A stretch of 64,000 nt of DNA from Ophelia neglecta (GCA_965285935.1 OZ260667.1:40362001-40426000), one strand, 5' to 3'. Shown: positions 15,001 to 30,000, counted from the first letter of the stretch. Notes: generated by a model not told the origin, from the letters alone. Numbers and translations: made by a program.

Positions 15001-18000
15001 CCACACGCCAGGTGGCAGCATCACCCAACCAACGCAGCCCTGTCCACCAGGTGGCAGCACCCCTGCCTCAGCTCAGCCCTATTCACCACCAGGTGGCTCC
15101 ACCCTCTAGCCAGCGAAGTCCCATTCACCAGGGGTCAGTGCACACCTCGCCTCTACACTCCACAGCTGTGGCTCCACAGGTAAACCAGCTTTATTTTCTT
15201 TTTCCTACTTAATGGCCATTGCTTCGGTTGAAATGCTTTCTGGAATCATTTGTCTGTTGGATAATCTCATCAATATTTTACATCCTTGTTCTCGTCAATT
15301 GTCATACTTGATGTGAAAACTCACATTTATACTTGACCTGCCTCCCTCGATTTAGATTCATTATAAATATCAACTTAAACTTTTTTAATGTGCATACATA
15401 TACGTACATATTGATCTGCTTTTTCCAATTTGCCTAAGCTGCTAAATCAAATCAATATTTGCACCACTTTTAAATTCTAGGTATTTTTTTTCTTGCCATG
15501 TATAGTGACACTGACACATCAGTAATATTGGAATCATGGCTTTAAACTATTCTTTGAAATATACTCTGATTATATCTGATCTCTCTCTTTGTTTCTTTGC
15601 AGACATGACCCTAGTATCTTGCTCTCCCCTCTCACCTCTTTAGCTCACTTTTCTAATAACCCTATGTAGATAGCATTATGTGCTAACTTTTTATAATATG
15701 CACACAAGCTTTTAGTGTGATAGGCTATGCGATAGCAGACCCTTCATGGATTAAGCCTAACAATTTTAATGTGCCAGCCAATTTGTAAAAAGACCTGCCT
15801 TTATTGTGATTATTTCATTATTAATACCAACGATTGTGTGAACTGCTCCAAAGATATCAAAGTAACACCATGAAGGATGCAATACTCAGTTTAATAACAT
15901 GAACTGCATCATACGTGTACATAAAATGCATTCATGTCTAAGTTAACATTATTATATATTCTATGTTATCAGTAAATGGCTCATGATTCAGTGCACTATG
16001 TCTTGTACATACATTTAGTGCTACAGTGCATGTTGTCACAATGTGTATGAATACTAGAGGCTAAAAGTAGTGCCACAGACACTTGTTATCTAAGGAAGCC
16101 ATATCATGTATCATAGCAGAACGCCTGTCAACTCGTCTTTTATATCGCTGTGGGTCTGCGCCGCATTTGTTAATGTACAGAAAAACACAACTGGTGTATC
16201 CAAACTTGATTGTTTAGAATATGTGTACCGTTAGAGGTTTTTATAATGTGTTATGACGGGGCATGCTCCCTCGGCATGTTCCTTTTATATGTTGTGTGGT
16301 ACGGGTGTGTGTTGTGCATTTCTGATGATGTGAGTTTTTACAAATTTTCGAGCTGTGATTTCTCCTTGTAGTCTCTCTGGGGGTGGATCACTTGATATTG
16401 TTAAATGTCTTTAAGAAGAATGGTTGGACAAGCTTTGTTGACAGTTGTTAGAGATCTATTGAGTAGAAGGTTATTGTAATGTTAAATTAAATATTTTCAA
16501 TGTTTAGGAACATACTTGGAAGTTCATTGCATTGGTATTTTGTTATTGGGGTTAACGGAATGATTGTGGATTTTGTGACGAGTATCCCCTATCATGTTGG
16601 TCCTCACTGCATATGGCAATCATTTTTCATCTACCGGTAAATTTGCTCTTAAAGAATTTTCTCACCCCCTATAACATCACAGATTTTGTTCATGTGGATG
16701 AAATAGTGGGAAGCATAGTATCACTAGCACAAAATGGAGTTTCTGCTGATTGAAAACAGTATTAACAAGTTTGAAAAGATTATCTAAAAGGATGATCACT
16801 GGCCTTTGCATGCTACATTGTGCACCAATTGTAGTTCATTGTTGAAGAAACAGTTTGTGTTTTATTCAATTATCCGCTAGTGATTTTTATCATCCACACA
16901 TGGCCAAATTGAAGTATATGAAAATGTGTTTACCATGCACAACACCGTACCTCAGTGCAGTCACCTCAGAATCTTAATTACTCAATTCTTATATTTAAGA
17001 AATGTAGGAAACAGTATTTTTATATGCATGTGTAAATGAATGTTGCATCTAACCTGTATTAGCTGATCTTTAATTTAGTTCTGTGTCAGTGATTGACAAG
17101 TTTTAACAGTAGAGCATGTAATGTGACAATGTTATTTGGTTTTTGGTTTCTTCTTTTTCACTGTTGGGAATGCCTGTTGTTACATAGCTTTCAATATAAC
17201 TTCAACCTTAATACCCCCCCCCCCCTCCCCCAATTCCTCCCTCCTATGGCTTAGGAAAACTGCCCACCCTCCAGGTGACTTAGTGCCAGAGATCTGTGAG
17301 CCTAGTCTAGAGAGAAAGCCTGATGGTTTTAGCAGCCACACACCATTGGGCCTTTGTCAGCTGTGCCTTGAACCCTTGGTGGTTGACCCTGACTTCACTC
17401 CACCCTGTCCGCTGTCCAGTCTTCTCTCTCATCCAGGTAAAGGCTTCTTCCACCTTTCTTACTAGCAGGGCTTCCCATCAGCTCTGATTCAATTTTTCTT
17501 CCAGCGATTATCGTAAAATTGGAATTAAGTAATTGTATGAAAAATATTTAATCATCATAACAAAAGATTGGCAGACAAAATATTCAATTTTCTCTTTCTA
17601 TAATTTACTTAATCGTCATTTGGTTCCATCTGAATGTGATTAGTGCAGAATACAATGAAATATTCTGCATTCTGGTCAATCTGCTATGAATCATGGTGTC
17701 GAGGGGACAAGGCTTCATTGAAGAGGATTAATGAAGACTAGAAAGCAATAAATCATTATTAATCATTATTTGAAGGGCAAACATATTAGCAAAAGTGATT
17801 ATAAGCTTGCATCTCTCCATGATAAATGTGGAGCAGGACTAATTCAATAGGAACAAGGCTGATTACATTTGAAGTTTTATTTGTCCATTCAGTCATTAAA
17901 ATAGCTCATGAGAGGAATATATGACATTTGGTGTAGATTTCTCCTTTTGACCCTCCATACTGTATATATAGGTCTTTTTGTCACTGTGAAGAATCTCATT

Positions 18001-21000
18001 TCTCTCTGCGTTGGCTTTGGGCCAATCTGATTACCGTAAGTGAGGGTGAACTGGGTAAATCCTCTCGTTATTAATGTGCCTGTGCTCGGGCTGCATCAGT
18101 AATCAAAGCTTCCTGTTTCCACTCAATGCAATTTTGTTAGAATCTGATGAATAAATTGAGATGTGTGTTTGATAGTAGAGCCATTGTCTGGCGTGGAAGG
18201 CTTCCTCGTTTGTCTTTGTTGTTGGTTTTGCTAGGAATTCTGTTCAACAAGATCTGTACTGATAATTGCTCTACCCTTGTGTTCAGTGCAGCATTGGAGG
18301 CAACATACCTCGGGTGTGCCTTTGTAGAATCAGTGGCTCAATGCTGTAGTGTTGGCAGTGCCTGCTGACTTTATTATTGCTGTCTCAGTTTTCATTGTTA
18401 TGGTAATTTGATGATATTTTGCTGGTGCTGAGGAGCTCTCTGGGTGTGTTCCTGCCACTGTCACAGGCTCTGCCTGACACCCTGCAGTGCAGGCTTGGCC
18501 CGGCACCATGTGGCCTAGCTGTGTAATGCCTGTGCTGCCAGCTCATTGGCTCCAGCCATGCGTCAGCGGCTGAAGCCGGCAGACGCCCTGGCAGCAGAGC
18601 CAGGTATTGAACAAAAGCCAGCTTAGGCCATTTTTATAATGTTACGTTGACAGGGAGAGCTTGAGCACACACCCAGTTACACTGCACAAAGGACAAGGCC
18701 AAGCACAGGGTGCTGAGATCGCCCCTCCATCTTACAGCCACCCCTAGCCAGCAAAAATAACTTTAACAACATGACTTAGTTCACATAAGGGCATATTTTT
18801 CTTGCAAAAACGACCTTCCATATTGGACTATTCTGTACAGAAGGATGTTATGATTCAGTTGCTGGTGAATGTAAGTACCATACTGTCACTAGTCTTTGGC
18901 CATCTGGTCCTTGTGAGATAACATGACATTGTACATGAATATTGTAAAGAGATGTAAAGCAGAATGGCTTAGCTGATCTGAGTCAGCATTGCTGTACATG
19001 TACCTGGAAATGTGGATGTGATTATCTAATAATATATAGATGAGAATGGCACTGTGGGCCATGGCAATCAAGTATTAATACCCTGCCTTGTGTGAGGCTG
19101 TGTGTAATACACAATGTGTTGGTTTTATGTATTGATTTAACCATATCCATATTATACTAATAAACACCAGCGAAGTTCTGTCTCAGGACTAGGCACCATA
19201 ATGGCACTTAAAGCTCCTAATTCTGCTATAGAGAACTCTACTTATTTATTATCTAATGGATGGAGAACTTGGTGACTCCATCAGTTGATGGATGCTTTAA
19301 TAACCCACCATGTGGTAGTATAAGGATTTTACCGTCATCCTGTGGATTTAGGGTCTCATCAAAGGGCCAGACAAGTTAATATAAGCATTCTGTTGTTAAG
19401 GAAATAGAAACTGATATTTGTGGATGCAAGCATTTAGTAGTATGCACCAGTCTAATTGGTATTCCAGCCCTGTGTTTGATCAGGCAAGGAAACCATTGGC
19501 ACAAGGTGATGGTGCTATTAAAATGGTACCAAAAAAAGCCCTGTATCCATATCAGGCTCTTCAACTGGCCCATTGCCCGCATGTTAATGTAGATTCACCA
19601 GGCTTTTTTCCACACGATGTGAGTATAGATTGTTCATGGCCATTCTGGTTGTGTGCCACATTTGCGCCTGTAATGACTGACAACGTGCTTGCTCCCGGTG
19701 GTAATGGAGGATTCTTCCGGTGTCCCTGTTATCAATATTAAACTGGATCTGGCCTTCTTCCTCCATCATGCTGTATGGAATCTCTGGCGGAATTTTACAG
19801 ATTCAATCTAGACAGAAACCATCTTAGAATGATCAGCCGGTAGATCTGGCCGTCAGAGGCACGCCTCGGTCCTGCAGGTTACTGCCGGGGAAAGTGGCTA
19901 CTGATTTGGTCATTAACAAGCAACGCCATGACCACAGTAGATCAAAGGCCCCAGCAGGGGCTGCTCCCTGGGCATAGAGCCATGTCCTGCATTGTTCTTT
20001 GTCTGCTGTTTGTCAAACAAGTGCCAGAGGTTAGAACCTGGCATTTAACATCATAGGAATATGCTGCAGTAACATCAGATATTCTCAGCAGCCATATTTG
20101 AAAAGTAGCACTCAGTCAAAGGGATGACAGGCATTATTAATCTTGGGAGAAAAGTTAAAGCAGTGGCCTCCAGGGATATATTGTTAGCCAGCCCATCAGT
20201 CAGACTACTAGATATATTCAGGACTTTCAGAAAATGTATTACTGACAAGTGAACATGAATTATTATGTAGTAATTAATGGTTTCCCTTAAGTAATCATTT
20301 CTTTACTCTGGTAGGAGGACTCCGGGGTACATTAAACCACCCATCACTATGATCTGATGATGTTAGCTTCCTCTGGATTATACACAGATGTACATAACTG
20401 TTTTATGACATAATAAATCTTCTAAGAATCCTGTTCGTATTTCAACTTATCAAATTATTGTATGACAGTAGTCAATACTTGGGCAACAGTCCAACTCGAG
20501 TGGATCAATCATGGATGCGTATCAGAACCCTGAAACCCAAGGTCCATCACTATTTCCTTAGCAAGTTGGACAAATGTGTGTTGGGTAGAAACAACCACAT
20601 GTATCTTTATAACAGGATCAATAATGTAAACCAATTGCTCTCAAGGGTGCAGCAATTGCTGCTTTCATTTATTCTGAAGAAGTATAAGGGTTAAATAAAT
20701 AATGTATACAAAAGCAATACCCTTTATGGTATGGGCACACTTTTTTGAGACTCTTCTTAAAGAAGACTAGATTGGGACATTACTTAGCATAGTTTATGTA
20801 CGATCAATATATACCCGAGGTGTTCAGTTCACCTGACAGATCGTCTGCCTTATCCTCATGTTGCTACAGGGCTGTTTCCGTGGGAATGTCAATGGTATGC
20901 AAATGTGACTTGTCTAGTGTCTGTCCTCCCTAGCCAGCCTCTGTGCTGGCAAGCTGCAGTCATTGTTGTTCGTTATTCATCCTTTTGACAATAAGATGCT

Positions 21001-24000
21001 GCAGACAGCCTGGTTATGTAGTCCACACACTGTATTATACAAACTCTATGATGTGTTCCTGAATACATCTTAATCCAGAAGAGCTGCTGTTTTATCATGT
21101 ACCAGGGAGCCATACAAATCACAATACATTCACCACCTAGCATCCTTACTCAGGTGAATCCTGGGAGATTTGTACATCAAATAAAGAAATATCTCATCTG
21201 ACAGCTTCTTGTTGGCATTGGAGAAAGCCGCAGCTCAGGTGCCCCTGACTGTGATCACCCTCTTCACATCTGTTAGATTGTAAGCAGGATGAGAACCTTT
21301 ACTTAAGTGATATTTTTCTCCAGACAAATAAAAGTTCTAAATGTGTAGTGTATGTGACACTGCTTTATATGGCTATAAGATGACGCAGCTCATTTGTACA
21401 GGACTCAGATATAAAAATATCACTTAAATTACTACTCTTATGCTATTAAGGTGCTCCCTAGTCAATCTGGGATGCTTTCTGCTATTATTGATGATTTAAA
21501 AAAAAATAATATACATGTTATATTAAAGTTTGCTTAATGAAAAGACCCACTGTCAAGTTCACCATCTTCTCTTATTCCTCCTGCTAAGTTTTTGCACAAG
21601 TTGTAAACAAGCAATTTTTTATTATTACTGTCACTTAAAAAGTATTGTCCATAGTTTACAGATATTTCATGTTGTTTTAATTTTCTAGATACCATACAAT
21701 TCTGCCACAATGACAACTTTTGAGGGAGAAAGCATGACTTTCACTGACAAGAGGAAGTTCTTTGAACAGGAGATAGAGGATCAGAATGCCATCAAACCTG
21801 CACAAGGTAGGGGAGTCATGCCACTCAGGCAAAAAAATGTATGGCCACTATCAGATATACAAATAATCTTAACTTGGTGCATATTCCCAAGGTACTAGAA
21901 TTCTGGAAAAGTTTGGAACCTGGACTTTTGTATTAACAAAAAGGTCATGGAAAGCCTTGAATTTGTTAAATGGCTAAGAGACGCTGGAAAAATCTGGAAT
22001 TATCTCCAGGACAGGCATGTCATGGGAAATCACCGTCACTTGTTTTTCTGAAAGAACGCTTATGCCCTTGAAAAATGATGAAAGGTCTGGGGAAAAGTCC
22101 TTGAAATTCCGCGAATTTGGGTATTGATGGAAGACATAGACACACATGCCTATAAAAACTTGTTAAGTACAATCCCTACTTAAACCTGGCTTTTGGTCTA
22201 ATTCGCCTGTAATATATATTGCATAAAATGATACATTAGGTTAAGGATAAGAAAAATAGACATGGAACTAAATGTTAAATGGCCAAATTAAGAGGGATTA
22301 TTATATGACCATGGATATTGCTTGTGATTGTACAGAACAGTCTATTTTGTGCCTAAAGGAAGCTCGTAAAGTTTTTACAATTAAGTGATTCTAGGAAATA
22401 TTTAGAAAAAATCTTGTTTTTGTTGACTTGTGTCTGCGTGTGCCTTAACCTTTCCCCGCAGTTGTAACTCTGAATATCTCTGGCTATAAACAAGGGACAA
22501 TTAACCCTTTCAGCTCTGAATATCTCTGGCTGTTAACCATGGACAGTTAACGCTTTCAGCTCTGAATATCTGCTACTATAGTGGTATCTGCACACTGCAG
22601 AGGGCTGTAAAGTTGAAAGGGTTGATGAAAGAGTTAATAAAATCTGCCTAGTGTGGGAACCCTTGCCTACAGGAGATGGGTGTGTTAGATCAGATCCTAC
22701 CTGGCTGTACTCTGTGCTTTAATCATCATTTTTGTAGATTGACAAATACAGTTAACATTACCTGTGGAATGTTGACAAAATTTTCACAACAATGTATATA
22801 ATGCAGTTATGTTGTTGCCCATACACATAGTAATATGCCCATGCATGAAAATGCAAGCACACACCTGTTAATAAAACTATAGAATCATTTTTGTTAGAAT
22901 AGGGAACTACACCATTCTTGGGTGTCATACAATTCATTAGACCTCTCCTGACATTTTGATTCAGTAATATGAGTTATTTTGCCGTTCTTGTTATAAGTCT
23001 GCCACAGGCCTGAACATTCCTGTGATTTATATCAGGTATAGATTAGAGCAGGGATCGTATTCAGGGATGAGGGGAGAAGTTCAAAGTCTCCACGCCAATC
23101 AGGGCAACCAATTACTGATCATACGTGTAAGAATTGAAGAAAGTGCCACCGTGTGTAAGCTATGTCCAAGTCATGGCTAGCTCTGAATGGCATGAAGGGA
23201 AAAATCATCAGCAAGTCTTGGGCTAGTCCAGTGGATAATATTAGGGATGGGGAGAGTTAGGGACAGGGTTATATAGGTCTAGTGTTGTGTCATAATTTAC
23301 CTCCGCTTTTAATCAGAAGTCAAACTGGATGTGGGATGAGACAGTGCTGGTCATTAACTAACAAGAAATGTGGCTGAGTGATCTGCAGTCTAAGAAAACA
23401 ACCTTGGGCAAAAATCAATGTACTGACATACATGGTCTGCATGCATTGGTGGTGCTGCAATATGGCAATGTGCGGCTGCATTAAACCAAACAGGGCGTTC
23501 TTAGGCAGGTACATTGCTTATGGTAATTTAGTGTGATTTATCACATCATGGTGCAATCATTTCTGTGTAGTCTACAAGAAAGTCTGGGTGCACCACAATG
23601 TAAAACGTTGTTTAACATTATCACACATTATCAATCATGTTAATGGAAAAATATGGTTAGTGGCAGGAAAGTGGTGTAAGGTTATATGGCTCACAACCTC
23701 ACTGGCCCAGGAATACTGCCCTCCCCATCAGCTAACTGGCAGGCCCCTAACACCTTAGGATAACTGCCCTCCCAACAGCTCACTGGCAAGCCTCTTACAG
23801 CCGATCGATGAATACTGCCCCCCCCCCCCCATCAGCTCAATTGCAGGCCCCTAACAGCCTAGGATTACTGCCCTCTCACCGGCTCACTGGCAGGCCTCTT
23901 ACAGCCGAGGATAACTCCCCTTCCACCAGCTCACTGGCAGGCCTCTTACAGCCGAGGATAACTCCCCTTCCACCAGCTCACTGGCAAGCCTCTTACAGCC

Positions 24001-27000
24001 GAGGATAACTCCCCTTCCACCAGCTCAATGGCAGGCCCATAACACCCAGGATTACTGCCCTCCAACCAGCTCAATAGCAGGCCGTTAACAGCCCTGGATT
24101 ACTGCCCGCCTACCAGCTCACTGGCAGGCCCCTTACAGCCCAGGATTACTGCCCTCCAACCAGCTCACTAGCAGGCCTTTAACAGCTGAGGATTACTGCC
24201 CTCCTATCAGCTCACTGGCAGGCCCCTAACAGCCCTGGATTACTGCCCTCCCACTGGCAGGCCCCTAACAGCCTAGGATTACTGCCCTCCTACCAGCTCA
24301 CCGGCAGGCCTCTTACAGCCGAGGATAACTCCCCTTCCACCAGCTCACTGGCAGGCCTCTTACAGCCGAGGATAACTCCCCTTCCACCAGCTCACTGGCA
24401 GGCCTCTTACAGCCGAGGATAACTCCCCTTCCACCAGCTCACTGGCAGGCCTCTTACAGCCGAGGATAACTCCCCTTCCACCAGCTCAATGGCAGGCCTC
24501 TTACAGCCGAGGATAACTCCCCTTCCACCAGCTCACTGGCAGGCCTCTTACAGCCGAGGATAACTCCCCTTCCACCAGCTCACTGGCAGGCCTCTTACAG
24601 CCGAGGATAACTCCCCTTCCACCAGCTCACTGGCAAGCCTCTTACAGCCGAGGATAACTCCCCTTCCACCAGCTCAATTGCAGGCCCCTAACAGCCTAGG
24701 ATTACTGCCCTCTCACCGGCTCACTGGCAGGCCTCTTACAGCCGAGGATAACTCCCCTTCCACCAGCTCACTGGCAGGCCTCTTACAGCCGAGGATAACT
24801 CCCCTTCCACCAGCTCACTGGCAGGCCTCTTACAGCCGAGGATAACTCCCCTTCCACCAGCTCACTGGCAGGCCTCTTACAGCCGAGGATAACTCCCCTT
24901 CCACCAGCTCACTGGCAGGCCTCTTACAGCCGAGGATAACTCCCCTTCCACCAGCTCACTGGCAGGCCTCTTACAGCCGAGGATAACTCCCCTTCCACCA
25001 GCTCACTGGCAGGCCTCTTACAGCCGAGGATAACTCCCCTTCCACCAGCTCACTGGCAGGCCTCTTACAGCCGAGGATAACTCCCCTTCCACCAGCTCAC
25101 TGGCAAGCCTCTTACAGCCGAGGATAACTCCCCTTCCACCAGCTCAATTGCAGGCCCCTAACAGCCTAGGATTACTGCCCTCTCACCGGCTCACTGGCAG
25201 GCCTCTTACAGCCGAGGATAACTCCCCTTCCACCAGCTCACTGGCAGGCCTCTTACAGCCGAGGATAACTCCCCTTCCACCAGCTCACTGGCAGGCCTCT
25301 TACAGCCGAGGATTACTCCCCTTCCACCAGCTCACTGGCAGGCCTCTTACAGCCGAGGATAACTCCCCTTCCACCAGCTCACTGGCAGGCCTCTTACAGC
25401 CGAGGATAACTCCCCTTCCACCAGCTCACTGGCAGGCCTCTTACAGCCGAGGATAACTCCCCTTCCACCAGCTCAATGGCAGGCCTCTTACAGCCGAGGA
25501 TAACTCCCCTTCCACCAGCTCAATGGCAGGCCTCTTACAGCCGAGGATAACTCCCCTTCCACCAGCTCACTGGCAAGCCTCTTACAGCCGAGGATAACTC
25601 CCCTTCCACCAGCTCAATGGCAGGCCCATAACACCCAGGATTACTGCCCTCCAACCAGCTCAATAGCAGGCCGTTAACGGCCCTGGATTACTGCCCGCCT
25701 ACCAGCTCACTGGCAGGCCCCTTACAGCCCAGGATTACTGCCCTCCAACCAGCTCACTAGCAGGCCTTTAACAGCTGAGGATTACTGCCCTCCTATCAGC
25801 TCACTGGCAGGCCCCTAACAGCCCTGGATTACTGCCCTCCCACTGGCAGGCCCCTAACAGCCTAGGATTACTGCCCTCCTACCGGCTCACTGGCAGGCCC
25901 CTAACAGCTTGGGATTACTGCCCTCCCACCGGCTCACTGGCAGGCCCCTAACAGCTTGGGATTACTGCCCTCCTACCGGCTCACTGGCAGGCCCCTAACA
26001 GCTTGGGATTACTGCCCTCCCACCGGCTCAATGGCAGGCCCCTAACAGCCTAGGATTACTGCCCTCCCACAGGCTCACTGGCAGGCCACTAACAGCCGAG
26101 CATTACTGCCCTCCCACCAGCTCACTGGCAGGCCCCTAACAGCCCAGGATTACTGCCCTCCAAACATAGCGGTCAGCTAAGCGTTCCCCCTAGGAAATAG
26201 ACTGCCCAACTCCTGTTTTAATGCTACCAGGTCTTGTTCTTTGCCAGCTCACAGAGCTTGTCCCACTGGCTGTATTGTTCTGATTGTTTGAGACCTCCTG
26301 TCATTGTGACTCAGTTCTCCCGACATCACTAATTACCCTGTCTATCATCAGTCAGACAGCTGAGCACAGAGAACAAAGCCCTTGATGCCGTCTGTGCCTG
26401 GTTTTAATGTCTGGGTGGGAAATGTGCAGTGATAAATTATCATTGAAATGGTATTATTTCCTAAAAAAGACTAGAGGAATTCCAAGAATTGAAATTTTAA
26501 AAACCTCTCATGTTAGCAATATTGCCACACCACTTCTTGTATTGATAAGATAATATATTTGTTGTTTGATTTACCTCCCTAACTTATGGGCTGACAATAC
26601 ATCCTTTGATAAGAATTCCATCATGATCATTGCAAAGACCAAAAATTACTGTTACAAGTACCTGAGTACATTGTGTTCAACTTATTAATTACATGTGCTT
26701 GTATGCACTGAATATAGAACATGTTTACCTTGAATGGTAAAAGGCCAAGAATTCTACCATGTGAAGTGTGACATGTAGTTTAGCTAATGCAGGTATTTAT
26801 GTCCTTTACAGGTTAGATAAGACATGACTTGATCAGGACAGGATCATGAGGACACATGAAAGTGTTTGGGGACTGATAAGCTTACCTTATATTGAAAGTT
26901 GACAAGCGCATTTCTGTACCAGTAATCAAGCTTCTAGTATACTGATCCTTATGGTTGTAACACTACCTGCTTATTATGTGTGTAGTGTCCAATACTGTGT

Positions 27001-30000
27001 ATTTAACACATTACACCTGCTACCTTTGTCTTAAATTTGAGATTACCAGTATGCCTCTGTTTTGCCTCGCAAACAATTTTTGAAATAATAAGTGCCATTT
27101 AATGCTAGAAATACAATGTATGCATGCCATGACAAAATGAACGTGCAGAGTTAAGGTGAAAAATGACGAATTACTGGTGAAGTTTTAAATGTGCAGTATC
27201 AGCATGTTAAGAAAGGCATGCTGTAAACAACTTAAAAAAAGGATTTGGGCAACCAGGAAATCTTGACATGTATACAGTGTTACCACATGCTCATTCCTGC
27301 AGGTTTTTTCTATTGCCTGGAAAATAATTCACTGGTGTAGTAGGGACACTTGATTGTCCTTTGTGCTGAAATAAGGAGCTGTATGTGTCAAAGGACAATA
27401 CCAGAAGTAAATTAGCTAAAAGGATGAATCCTCTGCTGGCTTGGCTACCCCTCGAAAAACCAAAAAACTGTCTGGTGTTTAACTTCCTTTAGCTTACATT
27501 AATGAATTGTGGATGAACACTTTAGCCAAATGATCGTTTTGTGCCGGAGCCTTGCCGATTGCATTTTGTCTACATTATTACTGTGTCTTGTACAAAGTAG
27601 CCTATGAAGTGTCTTTCCATTATGCTGTTTGCCAATTGAAGTGGTCCCTGATGGACCCCTTGTTGCTGAGATGATGGGACTTTGTTCTTGAGTTATTGAG
27701 CATTTTTCAGACTAGTGGTGTACTAATGGAGGTTACCAAATACAGCATTGCACTTGTTGGTCGAATACTTCACTTACTGCCAATGGCCGGCTTCTGATGG
27801 TTAATTTGTGTAATAAATTGGTTTTGTAGATCTTTAAGGCTAAAAACCCTTTGTGAATTGTGAACAGTCCATTAACTTGATGAGTGTGTAAGTTATGATT
27901 GCATGAACACTACGAGATGTGCACCCTTGTTTGGTATGTACATATCAACAGAGTGAGTACCCAGTAGATGATGAGGTCCCACTTAAATGTCAAATGTGTC
28001 TCTAAGCCAGAGCATTGATTGTCCTTGTCATATGATGAGAAACTGTAAGGCCAGCAGGACAGTCCTCTTGACTAGGACCGATCATAGCCACATCACGAAA
28101 GTGCCACGGGTAGTTAGTCATTAGGCAATTGACCATCAGTGGTGAGTTCTCAGTGGTCATTCCTCAGTGGTGTGATCTCCAGATTGGTCAGCACCATGCA
28201 GATGTTAAGGGTCCAGTAATGGTCGCTTTAATAGGCAATGAAACGCAAACAAACAACCAGGCAGTTTGGTCTTGTCTTTGAAAGTGACTGTGCCCTGTAG
28301 ATCAGCTGTCCAGTTGTGTAGATGGAGATTTATGTACCACATAATTCTGTATGCTACACGTGTCACATTGTGTGTGGACGGCCCATTACCTACCCTACTT
28401 ACAGGACTTCTCACTCTGACCTACATTGGTTGAGTAAACTCAAAATTTGCAATGAATTAACTTTATTGGATGAGTAGGGTTTGAATTAATTCTCCTTCTG
28501 ATCAGATGGGGATTCGGTGATGTATTTATCCAGTTGAGAGTTATTTGGTATCCCAGCATCCCCCTGGTCATTTTATTACAGGACTCTCAACTGGTCTCCT
28601 GTTTGTGTTTCTCTATTGAAATAGAGCAAATTTCTTCACAAAGGGCACAATGCTAACAGGTCAATGACAATGTTTTAGGCCAAAATAGCTACCAGTGGCC
28701 TATGTCTGCTATTGCATCATTCCTGTCTCCACCACCAATCCCAGGAGAGTGCCAGTTCCAGCAGCATTTACCTGTCTCCACTGCAGCAGACGAAGTGTGC
28801 TTAATTTTGCAGACAAATTTTGTCATCAGGCAGACTGTTCGCCGATCCAATTTAATTTGGGCTATTTGTTTTGACATGCTTGCTAAAAAAAGAGCAAACA
28901 ATGTAATTTTCATGAGAATTTTTTCTGTGATGCTGTCTGTAAAATATCAATGTTTGATATTAAAAGTCATTTATTGTATTGGCAAATATGGTTGTCTCTT
29001 TTCAAAGTTGTATCTGCACCAATTTTGCAAAGCAAAATAAAAGGTTGCCCAGCAATGCCAGTGGGCAGGGGAGCTGATTTCATAATAAAGATATGTCTGT
29101 GGCGATTTCAGGCAAGTTGTCAGGAGGATATGTTTTTTATTAATGTCCCTATTGCATGTGATATTGGTCTATAAAAAAATCCATTGAATATCCCATGATA
29201 AGTTTACCTACATGTATACATGTTAGCTCAGATGTGCTATGACAGCTAGGAAAAGTCCCAATTGTGTGTGTGAAATGCTGGCTGTACTTCAAACCTTGTA
29301 AAACAAATATGATAGATCAGTGGGGTGATATACAAAACACACGCTGCTTACCATGTTTAACCATTTTAATTTCAAAACCTAGTCCATAAAGACAGCTTAG
29401 TACTTGCCAAGTTCTCTTTTCATTTTATTTCCACCTGGATGGCTGCCTTGATTAGAGTTTGACAGGGTAAATGTATTAGATGTACTTCTTTCTAGGCCAT
29501 CAACTGTCAACTGCTGGTAGTCCATTTATCAAGATTATCACATACAAATAATAAAAATCAGTAAAATTATCAAAATCAAAAAACTCTTGTCTGGTTTCAT
29601 TGAGAGGTTGTACCTGACATAGGTGATTCTTGTATACAGTGTTTATTTTGTCCAAACATATAAATATTTGTTCTTCTCTTTTCAGAAAGAAAATTCTCAT
29701 ACCTTCAAGAACATGAAGTGGCCAAACTCAGGACGGAAGATGGTATACAGCTAAAATTATTTTTACTATTTAATCCTTTTTGTGTACATTTCAACCTTCA
29801 AGTGTGTACATGTGTGTACACTGTATATTAGTAAGAGACCAGGAGAGAGGGGTTGATTACATTAGTGACTTTTCAGCAACAAGCTATGAACACTGAAAGC
29901 AAGAATCGACTCCATACCTAAATCAATATAATTAGACCTAGCCCTGACGAGCAGAGTGTTCTTTTTCAATGCCGTTGATGGGTCTCCGTCCTCAGAGAAC

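Noticed and set aside
17255-17436. Exon-like segment with AG and GTAAAG boundaries in the scribble intron
   Set aside because: Its open frame is phase-incompatible with the neighbours, the compatible frame stops after 7 codons, and there is no homology support.
19376-19769. Cluster of short ORFs considered as a retroelement remnant
   Set aside because: No recognisable RT, integrase or recombinase motifs could be read.
23808-25456. Repetitive ORFs 23808-24008 and 25148-25456; CRISPR-like appearance of the array
   Set aside because: These are translations of the 47-bp minisatellite. Units are contiguous with no unique spacers, and the context is a eukaryotic intron.
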